Shown piece by piece: positions 36,791 through 45,386 of a DNA stretch of 45,386 bases (within the stretch, counting starts at the first letter, position 1; each line of letters opens with the position of its first letter). Position numbers and translations under genes: made by a program. Source of the stretch: Lachnospiraceae bacterium (GTDB taxonomy: Bacteria > Bacillota > Clostridia > Lachnospirales > Lachnospiraceae); NCBI GenBank assembly GCA_017401005.1, contig JAFPRD010000090.1, positions 1-45,386 on the forward strand, read 5' to 3'. The notes under the pieces were generated by a model. The model ran no database searches, was not told the origin of the DNA, and saw only the letters and a list, made by a program, of their open reading frames with translations.

Positions 36791-36818
36791 TTGATTCTTT
36801 TAAGCGGTGTGCTATAAT
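36791..36818 (+). promoter_or_regulatory. SigmaA promoter (extended -10) for the YjfB-like gene
   Basis: TTGATT, 16 nt spacer ending TGc, TATAAT (36813-36818). Confidence 0.65.
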
Positions 36819-36825
36819 CGAATTA

Positions 36826-36875
36826 ACCAAAAGGATTTGGTCTTTTTAGTGTGATTCAAGGATGAATCAGGAGGT
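36826..36875 (+). promoter_or_regulatory. Two AGGA-loop hairpins plus CAGGAGG RBS (candidate CsrA sites)
   Basis: ACCAAA-AGGA-TTTGGT (36826-36841) and TGATTCA-AGGA-TGAATCA (36852-36869). Confidence 0.65.
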
Positions 36876-36881
36876 GATAAT

Positions 36882-37079
36882 ATGAATTTTTCTATTACTC
36901 AGCTTTCGCCTGCAGTAAGCCAGGCAAACCTTAATACCGATTTTGGTGTAAAGATGCTTGCTAAAACTATGGATACCAATGAGCAGATCGGAGAGAATCT
37001 TGTAGGGATGATCGATGCCGCTGCTATGGAGAGAAGCGTTAATCCTGCAGTCGGAGGAAACTTTGACATGTCTGTTTAA
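36882..37079 (+). CDS. YjfB family small protein (putative motility protein)
   Basis: 65 aa; GVKMLAKTMD and NPAVGGNFDMSV C-terminal pattern; strong RBS. Confidence 0.8.
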   Translation: MNFSITQLSPAVSQANLNTDFGVKMLAKTMDTNEQIGENLVGMIDAAAMERSVNPAVGGNFDMSV

Positions 37080-37106
37080 TGCGGACAAAAGAATTAGGAC
37101 TACCAG

Positions 37107-37141
37107 GAGCCAAGAGATGATCTTGGCTCTTTGTTATTTTT
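37107..37141 (+). terminator. Intrinsic terminator after the YjfB-like gene
   Basis: GAGCCAAGA-GATGA-TCTTGGCTC followed by TTTGTTATTTTT. Confidence 0.75.
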
Positions 37142-37196
37142 CACAGTAAAATCTTTCAAAGAGACAAAAAGATAAAATAAAATGACGAAAAAGTCA

Positions 37197-37237
37197 AAAA
37201 AATGACCAAAAAAGAGTTGATTTTTTGGTCATTTTTT
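37197..37237. promoter_or_regulatory. 17-bp perfect inverted repeat overlapping the probable promoter of the CdaR-family gene
   Basis: AAAAAATGACCAAAAAA-GAGTTGA-TTTTTTGGTCATTTTTT; TTGATT-N17-TACAGT starts in the loop. Confidence 0.6.
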
Positions 37238-37295
37238 AGTACAGTTTATATAGTGCCTTTTTATGGGGCATTCGTATTCTTAGTTGGAGGAATAT

Positions 37296-38381
37296 ATGAT
37301 CTCAAATCAGATTTTACAGAATACTCTCGACGGACTCAGCTCAATTTCCGGAGCTGCTTTAAGCGTTATGGATCCCGAGGGAAAGGTTGCAGCTTCTACC
37401 GCCGATTTGTCGGTTTGTTCACATCCCGCAGCTGAATTTGCAAAGTCACCTGCCGATTCGCAGGAAATTTCAGGATATCAGTATTTCAAGATTTACGATG
37501 AGCAGAGCCTGGAATATGTTCTTGTTGTGGGCGGAAGCGGAGAAGAAAAGTACGTTGTCGGAAGAATGGTTGCTTTTCAGATTCAGAGTCTTCTTGTGGC
37601 TTACAAGGAGCGCTTTGACAAGGACAACTATATCAAGAACCTTCTGCTTGACAACCTGCTTCTTATCGACATTTACAGCAGATCAAAGAAGCTCCATATC
37701 CAGACGGAAGTTCCCAGAGTAGTATTTGTAATAGAGTGCGCTAAAGGCAAGGACAACAATCTTTTGGATCTTACCAAGACCGCAATAGGCAGCAGTAAGG
37801 ATTTTGTTACCGCCGTTGATGAAAAGAATGTTATCGTTGTTAAAGAGCTTGCCTCAATGGAAGCCACAAAGGAGATCTCAAAGACTATCAAAGCTCTCGC
37901 TGATTTTTACCATAAAGAGGGAGTTAAGGGACTGCGTATCGCTTACGGTACCGTTGTGCCCGAGATCAAGGAAGTCAGCCGCTCCTACAAGGAAGCGCGT
38001 ATGGCTGCCGATGTAGGAAGAATATTCTTCGAGGAAAGAGAAGTTGTGGCGTACAGCCAGCTTGGAATAGGACGTCTTATCTATCAGCTTCCCATTCCTC
38101 TTTGCAAGATGTATATTGAAGAGATTTTCGGTACCAAGTCTCCCGATGATTTTGATGAAGAGACGATCACAACGATACAGAAATTCTTCGAGAACAATCT
38201 GAATGTGTCCGAGACATCGAGACAGTTATTCATCCACAGAAATACGCTTGTATACCGCCTTGATAAACTCCAAAAGAGTACAGGGCTCGATCTTCGTGCT
38301 TTCGAAGATGCGATTACCTTCAAGATTGCACTTATGGTAGTAAACTACATGAAGTGCATAGAGGAGAACGAATACAGATAA
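37296..38381 (+). CDS. CdaR/PucR family transcriptional regulator
   Basis: C-terminal HTH NLNVSETSRQLFIHRNTLVYRLDKL; SRSYKEA; RBS GGAGG before ATG 37296. Confidence 0.9.
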   Translation: MISNQILQNTLDGLSSISGAALSVMDPEGKVAASTADLSVCSHPAAEFAKSPADSQEISGYQYFKIYDEQSLEYVLVVGGSGEEKYVVGRMVAFQIQSLLVAYKERFDKDNYIKNLLLDNLLLIDIYSRSKKLHIQTEVPRVVFVIECAKGKDNNLLDLTKTAIGSSKDFVTAVDEKNVIVVKELASMEATKEISKTIKALADFYHKEGVKGLRIAYGTVVPEIKEVSRSYKEARMAADVGRIFFEEREVVAYSQLGIGRLIYQLPIPLCKMYIEEIFGTKSPDDFDEETITTIQKFFENNLNVSETSRQLFIHRNTLVYRLDKLQKSTGLDLRAFEDAITFKIALMVVNYMKCIEENEYR

Positions 38382-38394
38382 TTTTGAGGCTATT

Positions 38395-39141
38395 ATGACA
38401 TCGAAAGAGAAAAAACAGTTAAAACGAGACAAATTTGTGGAAGAGAACGGGATTATCTGCCTTGAGAATGTAAGCATGAATTACCCTGAGCAGGGAGCTC
38501 CCGCCATCGACAATATCTCTTTACGTATAAACAGGGGAGAGTTCGTATTTATCACCGGTGACAGCGGATCCGGTAAATCCACTATGATCAAGCTCCTTTT
38601 AAGAGAGCTTGTGGCAACCCACGGCAACGTATTTGTTAACGGATACAATACCAAGAAACTCAGACACGGACAGATTCCTCAGTTTAGAAGAAATCTCGGA
38701 GTCGTATTCCAGGACTTCAGACTTTTAAGAGACAGAAACGTTTACGAGAATGTTGCCTTTGCCCAGAGAATAATTGAAGTGCCTTCATCCCAGATGAGGC
38801 GTAATGTGCCCAATATCCTCTCTATGGTAGGACTTGCGGGTAAATATAAATCGGACGTCAGAAAACTATCCGGCGGTGAACAGCAAAGAGTAGCTCTTGC
38901 GAGAGCTCTTATAAATAAGCCGTCCATACTTCTTGCTGATGAGCCTACCGGTAACCTCGACCCCAACAATTCATGGGAGATCATGAAGATGATCGAGGAG
39001 ATCAACGAGATGGGTACAACCGTTGTTGTCGTAACCCACAGCCCTGAGATCGTAAACGCAATGAAAAAGCGTGTCGTTACGATGCGAAAGGGTATCATAG
39101 TCAGCGACGAGGAAGAGGGACTTTACATCAATGAAGATTAG
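38395..39141 (+). CDS. ftsE: Cell division ATP-binding protein
   Basis: GDSGSGKS, GVVFQDFRLL, LSGGEQQRV, LADEPTGNLDP. Confidence 0.93.
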   Translation: MTSKEKKQLKRDKFVEENGIICLENVSMNYPEQGAPAIDNISLRINRGEFVFITGDSGSGKSTMIKLLLRELVATHGNVFVNGYNTKKLRHGQIPQFRRNLGVVFQDFRLLRDRNVYENVAFAQRIIEVPSSQMRRNVPNILSMVGLAGKYKSDVRKLSGGEQQRVALARALINKPSILLADEPTGNLDPNNSWEIMKMIEEINEMGTTVVVVTHSPEIVNAMKKRVVTMRKGIIVSDEEEGLYINED

Positions 39142-40030
39142 TACATTTTTTTATACATTATGGCAGGGAGTCCGTAATCTTTTCAGAAACGGATGGTATT
39201 CGCTTGCCTCAATATCGACTATAGCGGCTTGTCTGTTTTTATTCGGCCTTTTCTTCTCTGTTGTCTTCAACATAAGAAATATTCTTCTTACCGCTGAAGA
39301 GGCTGTTTCCATAACAGTTTTCTTTAACGATGATGTCAGCGAAGAGAGAGTTAAGGAAATCGGCGAAGAGATCAAAAAAAGAACCGAGGTTGCTTCGGTC
39401 CAGTTCCACGATGACGATGAAATCTGGGCTGAGTTTGGTGAGGCCTATTACGGCCCCGATTATGCAGAAGGATTTCCCGAGAACCCTCTCGAAGGAGACC
39501 ACAACTACGAGGTATTCTTAAGCGACGTATCGATGCAGGATACTCTTGTAAACTGGCTTCAGAGTAAGAGTGAGATCAGAAAGGTCAATTACTCGGAAGT
39601 GACAGCGGATACTCTTACCGGCGTAAACAGCCTTATCGCTTACGTTTCCATTGCGATCATCGCTATTCTTTTGGCTGTAAGTATATTCCTTATCAGCAAC
39701 ACGGTCAGGGTCGGAATATCGGTAAGAGCCGAAGAAATAAGCATTATGAAATATGTGGGAGCTACGGACTTTTTTGTAAGGGCGCCCTTTGTACTTGAAG
39801 GAATGCTTATCGGACTTATCGGTTCGGTAATCCCGCTGCTTCTTATACACGAGTTATATGATTATGTTATCAGCTACGTGACAGAAAGATTTGCGGTACT
39901 CAGCAGTATGCTCAACTTCCTGCAGATCGATGAGATCTTTAAATACCTTATGCCCGTTTGCCTTATAGTGGGTGTGGGAATCGGATTTATAGGAAGTCTT
40001 GCTACCGTACGTAAGCATTTGAGAGTTTGA
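39131..40030 (+). CDS. ftsX: Cell division permease-like protein
   Basis: Four TM segments; ISNTVR..EISIMKYVGATDFFVRAPFVLEG. Confidence 0.93.
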   Translation: MKISTFFYTLWQGVRNLFRNGWYSLASISTIAACLFLFGLFFSVVFNIRNILLTAEEAVSITVFFNDDVSEERVKEIGEEIKKRTEVASVQFHDDDEIWAEFGEAYYGPDYAEGFPENPLEGDHNYEVFLSDVSMQDTLVNWLQSKSEIRKVNYSEVTADTLTGVNSLIAYVSIAIIAILLAVSIFLISNTVRVGISVRAEEISIMKYVGATDFFVRAPFVLEGMLIGLIGSVIPLLLIHELYDYVISYVTERFAVLSSMLNFLQIDEIFKYLMPVCLIVGVGIGFIGSLATVRKHLRV

Positions 40031-40031
40031 T

Positions 40032-41309
40032 ATGAAAAATAATAAAGCATTTAATAAAATGAGTGAAAAAAGAGCTAAGGCAGTCTGTCTGTTTATGACG
40101 GCTGCATTGGCTCTTTTATGCGTACTCCCCATAAAGGGAACTCTCGCAGCTCCGGCATATACAAGTATCTCCAGCGACTCCATAAAGCAAAAACAGCAGG
40201 AGATTGAGAAGGCAAAGAAAGACAAAGCCGATATTCAGAGCAAAAAATCAAATGTCGAGAGCATCAAGAAAAATCTTGAACAGCAAAAAAACGATATAAA
40301 TGAGTATATCAGGCAGATTGACGAGACCCTCGAGGAAATGAATTACAATATCATGGACTTAGAGGATCAGATAGCTATTTTAGAGGTCGATATCGAGAGG
40401 ACCGAAAAAGAGTACGAACAGGCCAAGGCCGATGAAGATGCCCATTATGAGGCAATGAAACACCGGATGAAGATGATGTACGAAAAGGATGAAACAAGCA
40501 TCCTTACAAGCCTGCTTACCTCTACGAGCCTGAGAGATCTTTTAAACCGTATGGATTACATTGAGGCTGTTATCGCCTACGATAAAGCATCCTGGGAACA
40601 GCTTAAGACCACAAGAGCATATGTGGATCTTTGCTATCAGCAGCTTGAGCTTTCAAAAGAATCTGTGGACGAGGCAAAGAGGAACGTCGAGACCGAGAAA
40701 GCCAATATGGAAGAACTCAGACTCGAAAAAGAGGCTCAGCTCCAGGAGTATGTCAGAAGTATCGCTGCATCTCAGGCAGAGATAGATTCTCTTTCAAACC
40801 AGATTGACGAGTTTGATGACGAGATAGAAGCCCTTAACAAAGCTATTGAGGTTGAACAAAAACAGATATGGCTGGCTCAGCAGGGAAAGGGTAAGGCCTA
40901 CGACGGCGGAAGCTTCGTATTCCCTATAGCTTCCTACAAGTACGTATCCAGTAAATACGGATGGAGAATCCATCCTATCTACGGCACTCAAAAGTTCCAC
41001 AGCGGAGTTGATCTTGCCGCCAACTACGGAACAGCCATTTATGCGGCTTATGCCGGTGTTGTAGCCGGAGCGGGATACAACGCCTCTATGGGCAATTATG
41101 TTATGATCAACCACGGTGACGGACTTTACACCGTTTATATGCATGCATCCTCCCTTTACGTAAAAGAAGGCGATGTGGTCAGCACGGGTCAGACAATCGC
41201 AGCCGTTGGAAGTACCGGAGCTTCAACCGGTAACCACCTGCATTTTTCCGTAAGACTTAACGGAGAGTACGTGGATCCCAATGGTTATATATATTTTTAT
41301 GATACCTAA
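40032..41309 (+). CDS. Secreted coiled-coil / M23 peptidoglycan endopeptidase (EnvC-like architecture)
   Basis: Signal peptide, long coiled coil, intact M23 zinc motifs HSGVD and HLH; follows ftsEX. Confidence 0.88.
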   Translation: MKNNKAFNKMSEKRAKAVCLFMTAALALLCVLPIKGTLAAPAYTSISSDSIKQKQQEIEKAKKDKADIQSKKSNVESIKKNLEQQKNDINEYIRQIDETLEEMNYNIMDLEDQIAILEVDIERTEKEYEQAKADEDAHYEAMKHRMKMMYEKDETSILTSLLTSTSLRDLLNRMDYIEAVIAYDKASWEQLKTTRAYVDLCYQQLELSKESVDEAKRNVETEKANMEELRLEKEAQLQEYVRSIAASQAEIDSLSNQIDEFDDEIEALNKAIEVEQKQIWLAQQGKGKAYDGGSFVFPIASYKYVSSKYGWRIHPIYGTQKFHSGVDLAANYGTAIYAAYAGVVAGAGYNASMGNYVMINHGDGLYTVYMHASSLYVKEGDVVSTGQTIAAVGSTGASTGNHLHFSVRLNGEYVDPNGYIYFYDT

Positions 41310-41326
41310 AAGGAATATTACTTAAG

Positions 41327-42562
41327 ATGGAAGAAAATAAACAAGGAAGAAAACAGCTGATAATAGGAATCCTCATAGGAGTTCTCGTGATGGGAGTCGC
41401 TATGATGATAGTCGTTATCGGCGTTGTTAGAAAATACAGCAAAGGTTACATCGAGGAAGGCTCATTTGTTGAAGCGGCTGACAGCGTTCTCGACGAGGAG
41501 ACCGTCAAAAAGCTTGAACAGGTTCAAAGCCTGATAGACGGTAAATCCATATACGAGATAGACAGAGACAAGCTCCGCGAAGGAATGGTGGAAGGTCTTC
41601 TTGCCGGAACGGGCGACAGATACGCGGCCTACTATACTCCCGAAGAAATACAGCAGCAGATGGACAGCTACAGCGGAAAATTCTTCGGAATCGGCGTTGT
41701 TATGGGGCCGGATGAGAACAAGAATATCTACATACATCAGGTTTACACCGATTCACCCGCTGAAAGAGCCGGTATGAGAGAAGGGGACATCATAACAAAG
41801 GTTGACGGAACCGATGTGACAGATATGGATCTCGACGGAATTGTCTCAATGGTCAGAGGCGAAAAAGGGACCAAGGTCGTAATTACGGTCTATAGACAGA
41901 CGGATGGTAAAGAGTACGACCTTACCGCAATCCGAGATGAGATAAAAGAGGAAGTCATCGAGTACAAGATGCTTGAGGACAATATCGGATATATCCACAT
42001 CGAGGAATGGTATGACACCACGGGAGAACAGTTCTCGGATGCGCAAAAGACCCTCGAAGAGGAGGGAATGAAGTCGCTTATCGTAGATCTAAGATCAAAT
42101 ACCGGAGGACTTGTAAGCGCTGCGGTTGACGTACTTGAATGTTTCCTTCCCGAAAGCGATGTGCTTTACGTTGAAGACAATACGGGAAAGCGATCCGCTT
42201 ATAAGGCTTATTACGAGGACGAAATAAATATACCTGTTGTTATACTGACCAATGGTTACACAGCCAGCGCGTCTGAAATCTTTACCGGGGCTCTTAAGGA
42301 TTACGACAAGGCAATAAGCATCGGCACAAAAACATACGGTAAAGGAGTTGTCCAGTCTTTCTATTATCTTTTTGACAACTCTGCATTAAAGCTTACAACG
42401 GAACAGTACTTTACACCTAACGGAACCGCTCTTGACGGAAACGGAATAGACCCTGATATTGAGGTCGAACTCGATGCGGATGCCTATTATGACCCGGAAA
42501 ATCCTGTTGATAATCAGCTTGAGACAGCTGTAGATTATTTAAAGAAACAAGGAGGGTACTAA
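41327..42562 (+). CDS. C-terminal processing protease, S41 family with PDZ domain
   Basis: GIGV PDZ, DLRSNTGG, TASASEI, TYGKGVVQ. Confidence 0.92.
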   Translation: MEENKQGRKQLIIGILIGVLVMGVAMMIVVIGVVRKYSKGYIEEGSFVEAADSVLDEETVKKLEQVQSLIDGKSIYEIDRDKLREGMVEGLLAGTGDRYAAYYTPEEIQQQMDSYSGKFFGIGVVMGPDENKNIYIHQVYTDSPAERAGMREGDIITKVDGTDVTDMDLDGIVSMVRGEKGTKVVITVYRQTDGKEYDLTAIRDEIKEEVIEYKMLEDNIGYIHIEEWYDTTGEQFSDAQKTLEEEGMKSLIVDLRSNTGGLVSAAVDVLECFLPESDVLYVEDNTGKRSAYKAYYEDEINIPVVILTNGYTASASEIFTGALKDYDKAISIGTKTYGKGVVQSFYYLFDNSALKLTTEQYFTPNGTALDGNGIDPDIEVELDADAYYDPENPVDNQLETAVDYLKKQGGY

Positions 42563-42563
42563 A

Positions 42564-43259
42564 TTGAGGAAGTATGTAGCAGAATTTGTAGGAACTATGG
42601 TGCTTGTCGTATTGGGGTGCGGCACAGCAATGCTGGTTGGATGCGACGCGGCAAACGGAAGCGGATATTTGCTTACAGCTCTTGCATTCGGACTGACTAT
42701 AGTAGCTATGGCCTACAGCATAGGTAATGTATCGGGATGTCACATCAACCCGGCGGTATCATTAGGGGTACTGATAAGCGGCGGGATGACAGGAAAAGAC
42801 TTTTGCGGATATGTAATATCCCAGTGTCTTGGAGCCTTTGCCGGATCCGGACTCCTTGCTCTTATCTTCAAGATAGGAAATATAGAGGATAAGACAGGCG
42901 GCTTTGGAACAAACGGACTGGCCGGAGTGAACGGAAACTATGCAGCCGGACTCCTTGTTGAGATAGTCCTTACATGCATTTTTGTACTTGCCATACTCGG
43001 AGTAACATCCAAAAAGGCATCTCACGGATCCTTCGGCGGACTTGTAATCGGACTTACGCTTGTGGTTGTCCATATCCTCGGAATCGGACTTACCGGAACA
43101 AGCGTTAACCCCGCAAGAAGCTTCGGACCTGCTCTTGTAGCTCTTATAAGCGGTAATGTGACGCCTATTGCTCAGCTTTGGGTATTCCTTGTAGGACCCC
43201 TTGCAGGAGCTTCAATCGCCGCATTCCTTTATAAGTTCCTTGAAGGAAAAGCAAATTAG
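42564..43259 (+). CDS. aqpZ: Aquaporin (MIP family, AqpZ type)
   Basis: SGCHINPAVS and GTSVNPARS; His/Thr/Arg filter residues; TTG start with GGAGG RBS. Confidence 0.88.
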   Translation: MRKYVAEFVGTMVLVVLGCGTAMLVGCDAANGSGYLLTALAFGLTIVAMAYSIGNVSGCHINPAVSLGVLISGGMTGKDFCGYVISQCLGAFAGSGLLALIFKIGNIEDKTGGFGTNGLAGVNGNYAAGLLVEIVLTCIFVLAILGVTSKKASHGSFGGLVIGLTLVVVHILGIGLTGTSVNPARSFGPALVALISGNVTPIAQLWVFLVGPLAGASIAAFLYKFLEGKAN

Positions 43260-43270
43260 GATTAGAATTA

Positions 43271-43305
43271 AAGGTGCTACCGAACAGGTGGCACCTTATT
43301 TGTTT
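43271..43305 (+). terminator. Intrinsic terminator after aquaporin
   Basis: AAGGTGCTACC-GAACA-GGTGGCACCTT followed by ATTTGTTT. Confidence 0.7.
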
Positions 43306-43360
43306 GCGTAAAACATCGCCGGAAATACTTTGATTTGCCGGAGAAAGTACTAAATAAAAT

Positions 43361-44272
43361 ATGCCTGTAACCGTTGGTGAATATCTTAAAAGTAAATATG
43401 GCTGTAAAGTTTATCGGATCGCTTTAGACGGCGGCTTTACCTGCCCTAACAGGGACGGAAAGATATCTACCGGCGGGTGTATTTTTTGCTCGGCGGGCGG
43501 AAGCGGAGACTTTGCCGAAAGCAGAGAGCTTTCCATATCGGAGCAGATTGAAAAAGGCAAAGAAAGAGTAGCCGGGAAAATAAAGGACGGAAAGTATATT
43601 GCATACTTCCAGGCTTTTACGAATACGTATGCTCCGGTAGGTAAGCTTAAGGAGCTTTTTACAGAGGCGATAAATCATCCGGATATTGTGGGTCTGTCTA
43701 TCGCTACGAGGCCTGACTGCCTGCCGGAAGATGTTTTGGATCTTTTGGATGAGCTTAACAGGCTAAAACCTGTCTGGGTGGAGCTGGGACTTCAGACGAT
43801 CCATGAAAGAACGGCGGAGTATATCAGAAGAGGTTATCCGCTTCCTGCTTACGACAGGGCGGTTTCGGAGCTAAAAAAGCGAAATATTTCTTTTATAACC
43901 CATGTGATACTTGGACTTCCGGGGGAAAGATGGGAGGATATGGAAGAGACGGTCAGGTACGTCTGCGGATTATCGGGTACCGAGCAAAGAGATGATAAAG
44001 AGCAGGGCATGGATCCAAACGGTATAAAGCTCCAGCTTCTGCATGTGCTTAAGGGTACAGACCTTGCTAAGGACTATGAAGCGGGGAAATTTACAGTTTT
44101 GTCCGAAGATGAATATATAGCGATACTTGAAAGACTTTTAAAGATCATCCCCGATTCTGTTATAATCCACAGACTTACCGGGGACGGACCGAAGAAAGAC
44201 CTTATGGCTCCCCTTTGGAGCGCAGATAAAAAGCACGTTTTGAATCGCATTAACAGGATACTTGTAAGATAG
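43361..44272 (+). CDS. Radical SAM protein, YhcC/YtqA (TIGR01212-type)
   Basis: GFTCPNRDG..GGCIFCS, YFQAFTNTY, IATRPDC, VELGLQT, IHRLTGD. Confidence 0.9.
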   Translation: MPVTVGEYLKSKYGCKVYRIALDGGFTCPNRDGKISTGGCIFCSAGGSGDFAESRELSISEQIEKGKERVAGKIKDGKYIAYFQAFTNTYAPVGKLKELFTEAINHPDIVGLSIATRPDCLPEDVLDLLDELNRLKPVWVELGLQTIHERTAEYIRRGYPLPAYDRAVSELKKRNISFITHVILGLPGERWEDMEETVRYVCGLSGTEQRDDKEQGMDPNGIKLQLLHVLKGTDLAKDYEAGKFTVLSEDEYIAILERLLKIIPDSVIIHRLTGDGPKKDLMAPLWSADKKHVLNRINRILVR

Positions 44273-44292
44273 CCTTTGCATGGAGGAAGCTT

Positions 44293-44673
44293 ATGAAGGG
44301 ATACAAAATGGAAATAGCTAAGACGAAGCAGGGAGTACCCGTTTCGTCAGGCAAAGCGGACCTTGAAGCTGAAAAAAATAGAGAAAAGGAGAATGAGAAA
44401 AAGCTCCTTGAGTCTCTTGTGGCCGATGATATAGAAAATAAGCCGAATCGCTGCAGAATTTGCGGGGCAAAGCTTGGATACGACGGACTCGGAGAATACA
44501 CATGCCCTGACTGCGGCCATAAGGAATATGACGATTACGGCCTTGTCAGGAGCTTTTTGGAAGAGCACCCCGGGGCAACCGCCATTCAGGTGGAAAAAGG
44601 TACCGGCGTATCAAGAAACAAGATCACAAAAATGATCGCAGACGATAAGTTTATTGCGAAGATTAATAAATAA
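44293..44673 (+). CDS. YvyF-like zinc-ribbon / HTH protein
   Basis: CRICG..CPDC followed by VRSFLEEHPGA..VEKGTGVS. Confidence 0.65.
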   Translation: MKGYKMEIAKTKQGVPVSSGKADLEAEKNREKENEKKLLESLVADDIENKPNRCRICGAKLGYDGLGEYTCPDCGHKEYDDYGLVRSFLEEHPGATAIQVEKGTGVSRNKITKMIADDKFIAKINK

Positions 44674-44688
44674 AGGGTTCTGATAAAT

Positions 44689-45386
44689 ATGGACTTTAAA
44701 TTACATTCTCCCTATAAACCCACAGGGGACCAGCCTCAGGCTATTGAGGATCTGGTTAAGGGTTTTAAGGAAGGCAACCAATTTCAAACACTTCTTGGCG
44801 TTACAGGCTCCGGTAAGACCTTTACCATGGCCAATGTTATTGCGGCATTAAACAAGCCTACGCTTATCATTTCGCACAACAAAACTCTTGCCGGTCAGCT
44901 CTATGGCGAGATGAAGGAATTCTTTCCCGAGAACGCGGTTGAGTATTTTGTATCCTACTACGATTATTACCAGCCGGAGGCGTATGTGCCCCAGTCGGAT
45001 ACTTATATCGCAAAAGATTCGTCAATAAACGACGAGATAGATAAGCTGCGCCTCTCGGCGACCGCATCTCTTTCCGAGAGAAGGGATGTTGTAGTCGTGG
45101 CCTCTGTTTCCTGTATATACGGCCTCGGAAGCCCCGATGAATATAAGGGCATGATCCTTTCGCTGCGCCCCGGACAGGAGATAGAAAGGGACGATGTGGT
45201 AAGGTCCCTTGTGGATATGCAGTACGAGCGAAACGATATGGAAAAGAAGCCCGGATGCTTTACCGTACACGGAGATACTTTGGAGTTCTTCCCGGCTCAG
45301 GGCGGAGACTATCTGATAAGGGTTGAATGGTTCGGAGACGAGATAGACCGTATTGTTGAAGTAGAGCCTTTAAACGGACGTATGAA
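44689..45386 (+). CDS. uvrB: Excinuclease ABC subunit B, 5' part (runs off the window; absent from the ORF track)
   Basis: Manual translation: [63 protein letters not shown]. Confidence 0.96.
   Translation, partial: MDFKLHSPYKPTGDQPQAIEDLVKGFKEGNQFQTLLGVTGSGKTFTMANVIAALNKPTLIISHNKTLAGQLYGEMKEFFPENAVEYFVSYYDYYQPEAYVPQSDTYIAKDSSINDEIDKLRLSATASLSERRDVVVVASVSCIYGLGSPDEYKGMILSLRPGQEIERDDVVRSLVDMQYERNDMEKKPGCFTVHGDTLEFFPAQGGDYLIRVEWFGDEIDRIVEVEPLNGRM

Noticed and set aside
44600-44688. LexA (GAAC-N4-GTTC) box before uvrB
   Set aside because: Only a GTTC half-site is present at 44677-44680
126-45270. Numerous minus-strand and alternate-frame ORFs in the ORF track (e.g. 5097-5792, 24303-24962, 27139-27768, 31626-32330)
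   Set aside because: They overlap well-supported + strand genes, show no family motifs, and are expected antisense shadows

Overview
Core-genome window from a Firmicute, most likely Lachnospiraceae (Butyrivibrio-like), inferred from gene order and protein families. All genes but one are on the + strand. In order: a soluble sensory [FeFe]-hydrogenase fused to a chemoreceptor (MCP) domain; a GGDEF protein; a liv-type ABC transporter operon; an 8-gene type II FAS/PKS-like cluster (Fe-S flavoprotein, PlsC-like acyltransferase, ACP, fused KS-CLF ketosynthase, FabG, FabZ, FabD, fused AccD-AccA); an orphan type IV pilin-like gene; a protein/RNA modification block (prmA, degenerate CbiT-like, rsmE, flavin reductase, cysteine desulfurase, thiI, mtaB) with a divergent HPr-like gene; the ireB-ruvX-DUF1292-rnj-ylbF-mltG-like-O-methyltransferase-U32 block; glutamine synthetase III; an AEC transporter; tRNA-Gln(CTG); an acyl-ACP thioesterase; a CvfB-like protein; a YjfB-like protein; a CdaR-family regulator; ftsE-ftsX-M23 peptidase-S41 protease; aquaporin; a radical SAM protein; a YvyF-like protein; and the 5' part of uvrB. 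No mobile element or CRISPR array was seen. The strongest leads are (1) the KS-CLF-fusion lipid/polyene cluster with a highly structured intergenic RNA after the ACP gene, and (2) flagellin-style control signals (sigma28 promoter and/or paired GGA-loop hairpins typical of CsrA sites) on two non-flagellin genes, the pilin-like and YjfB-like genes. All calls come from reading motifs by eye; no database search or RNA folding was run.
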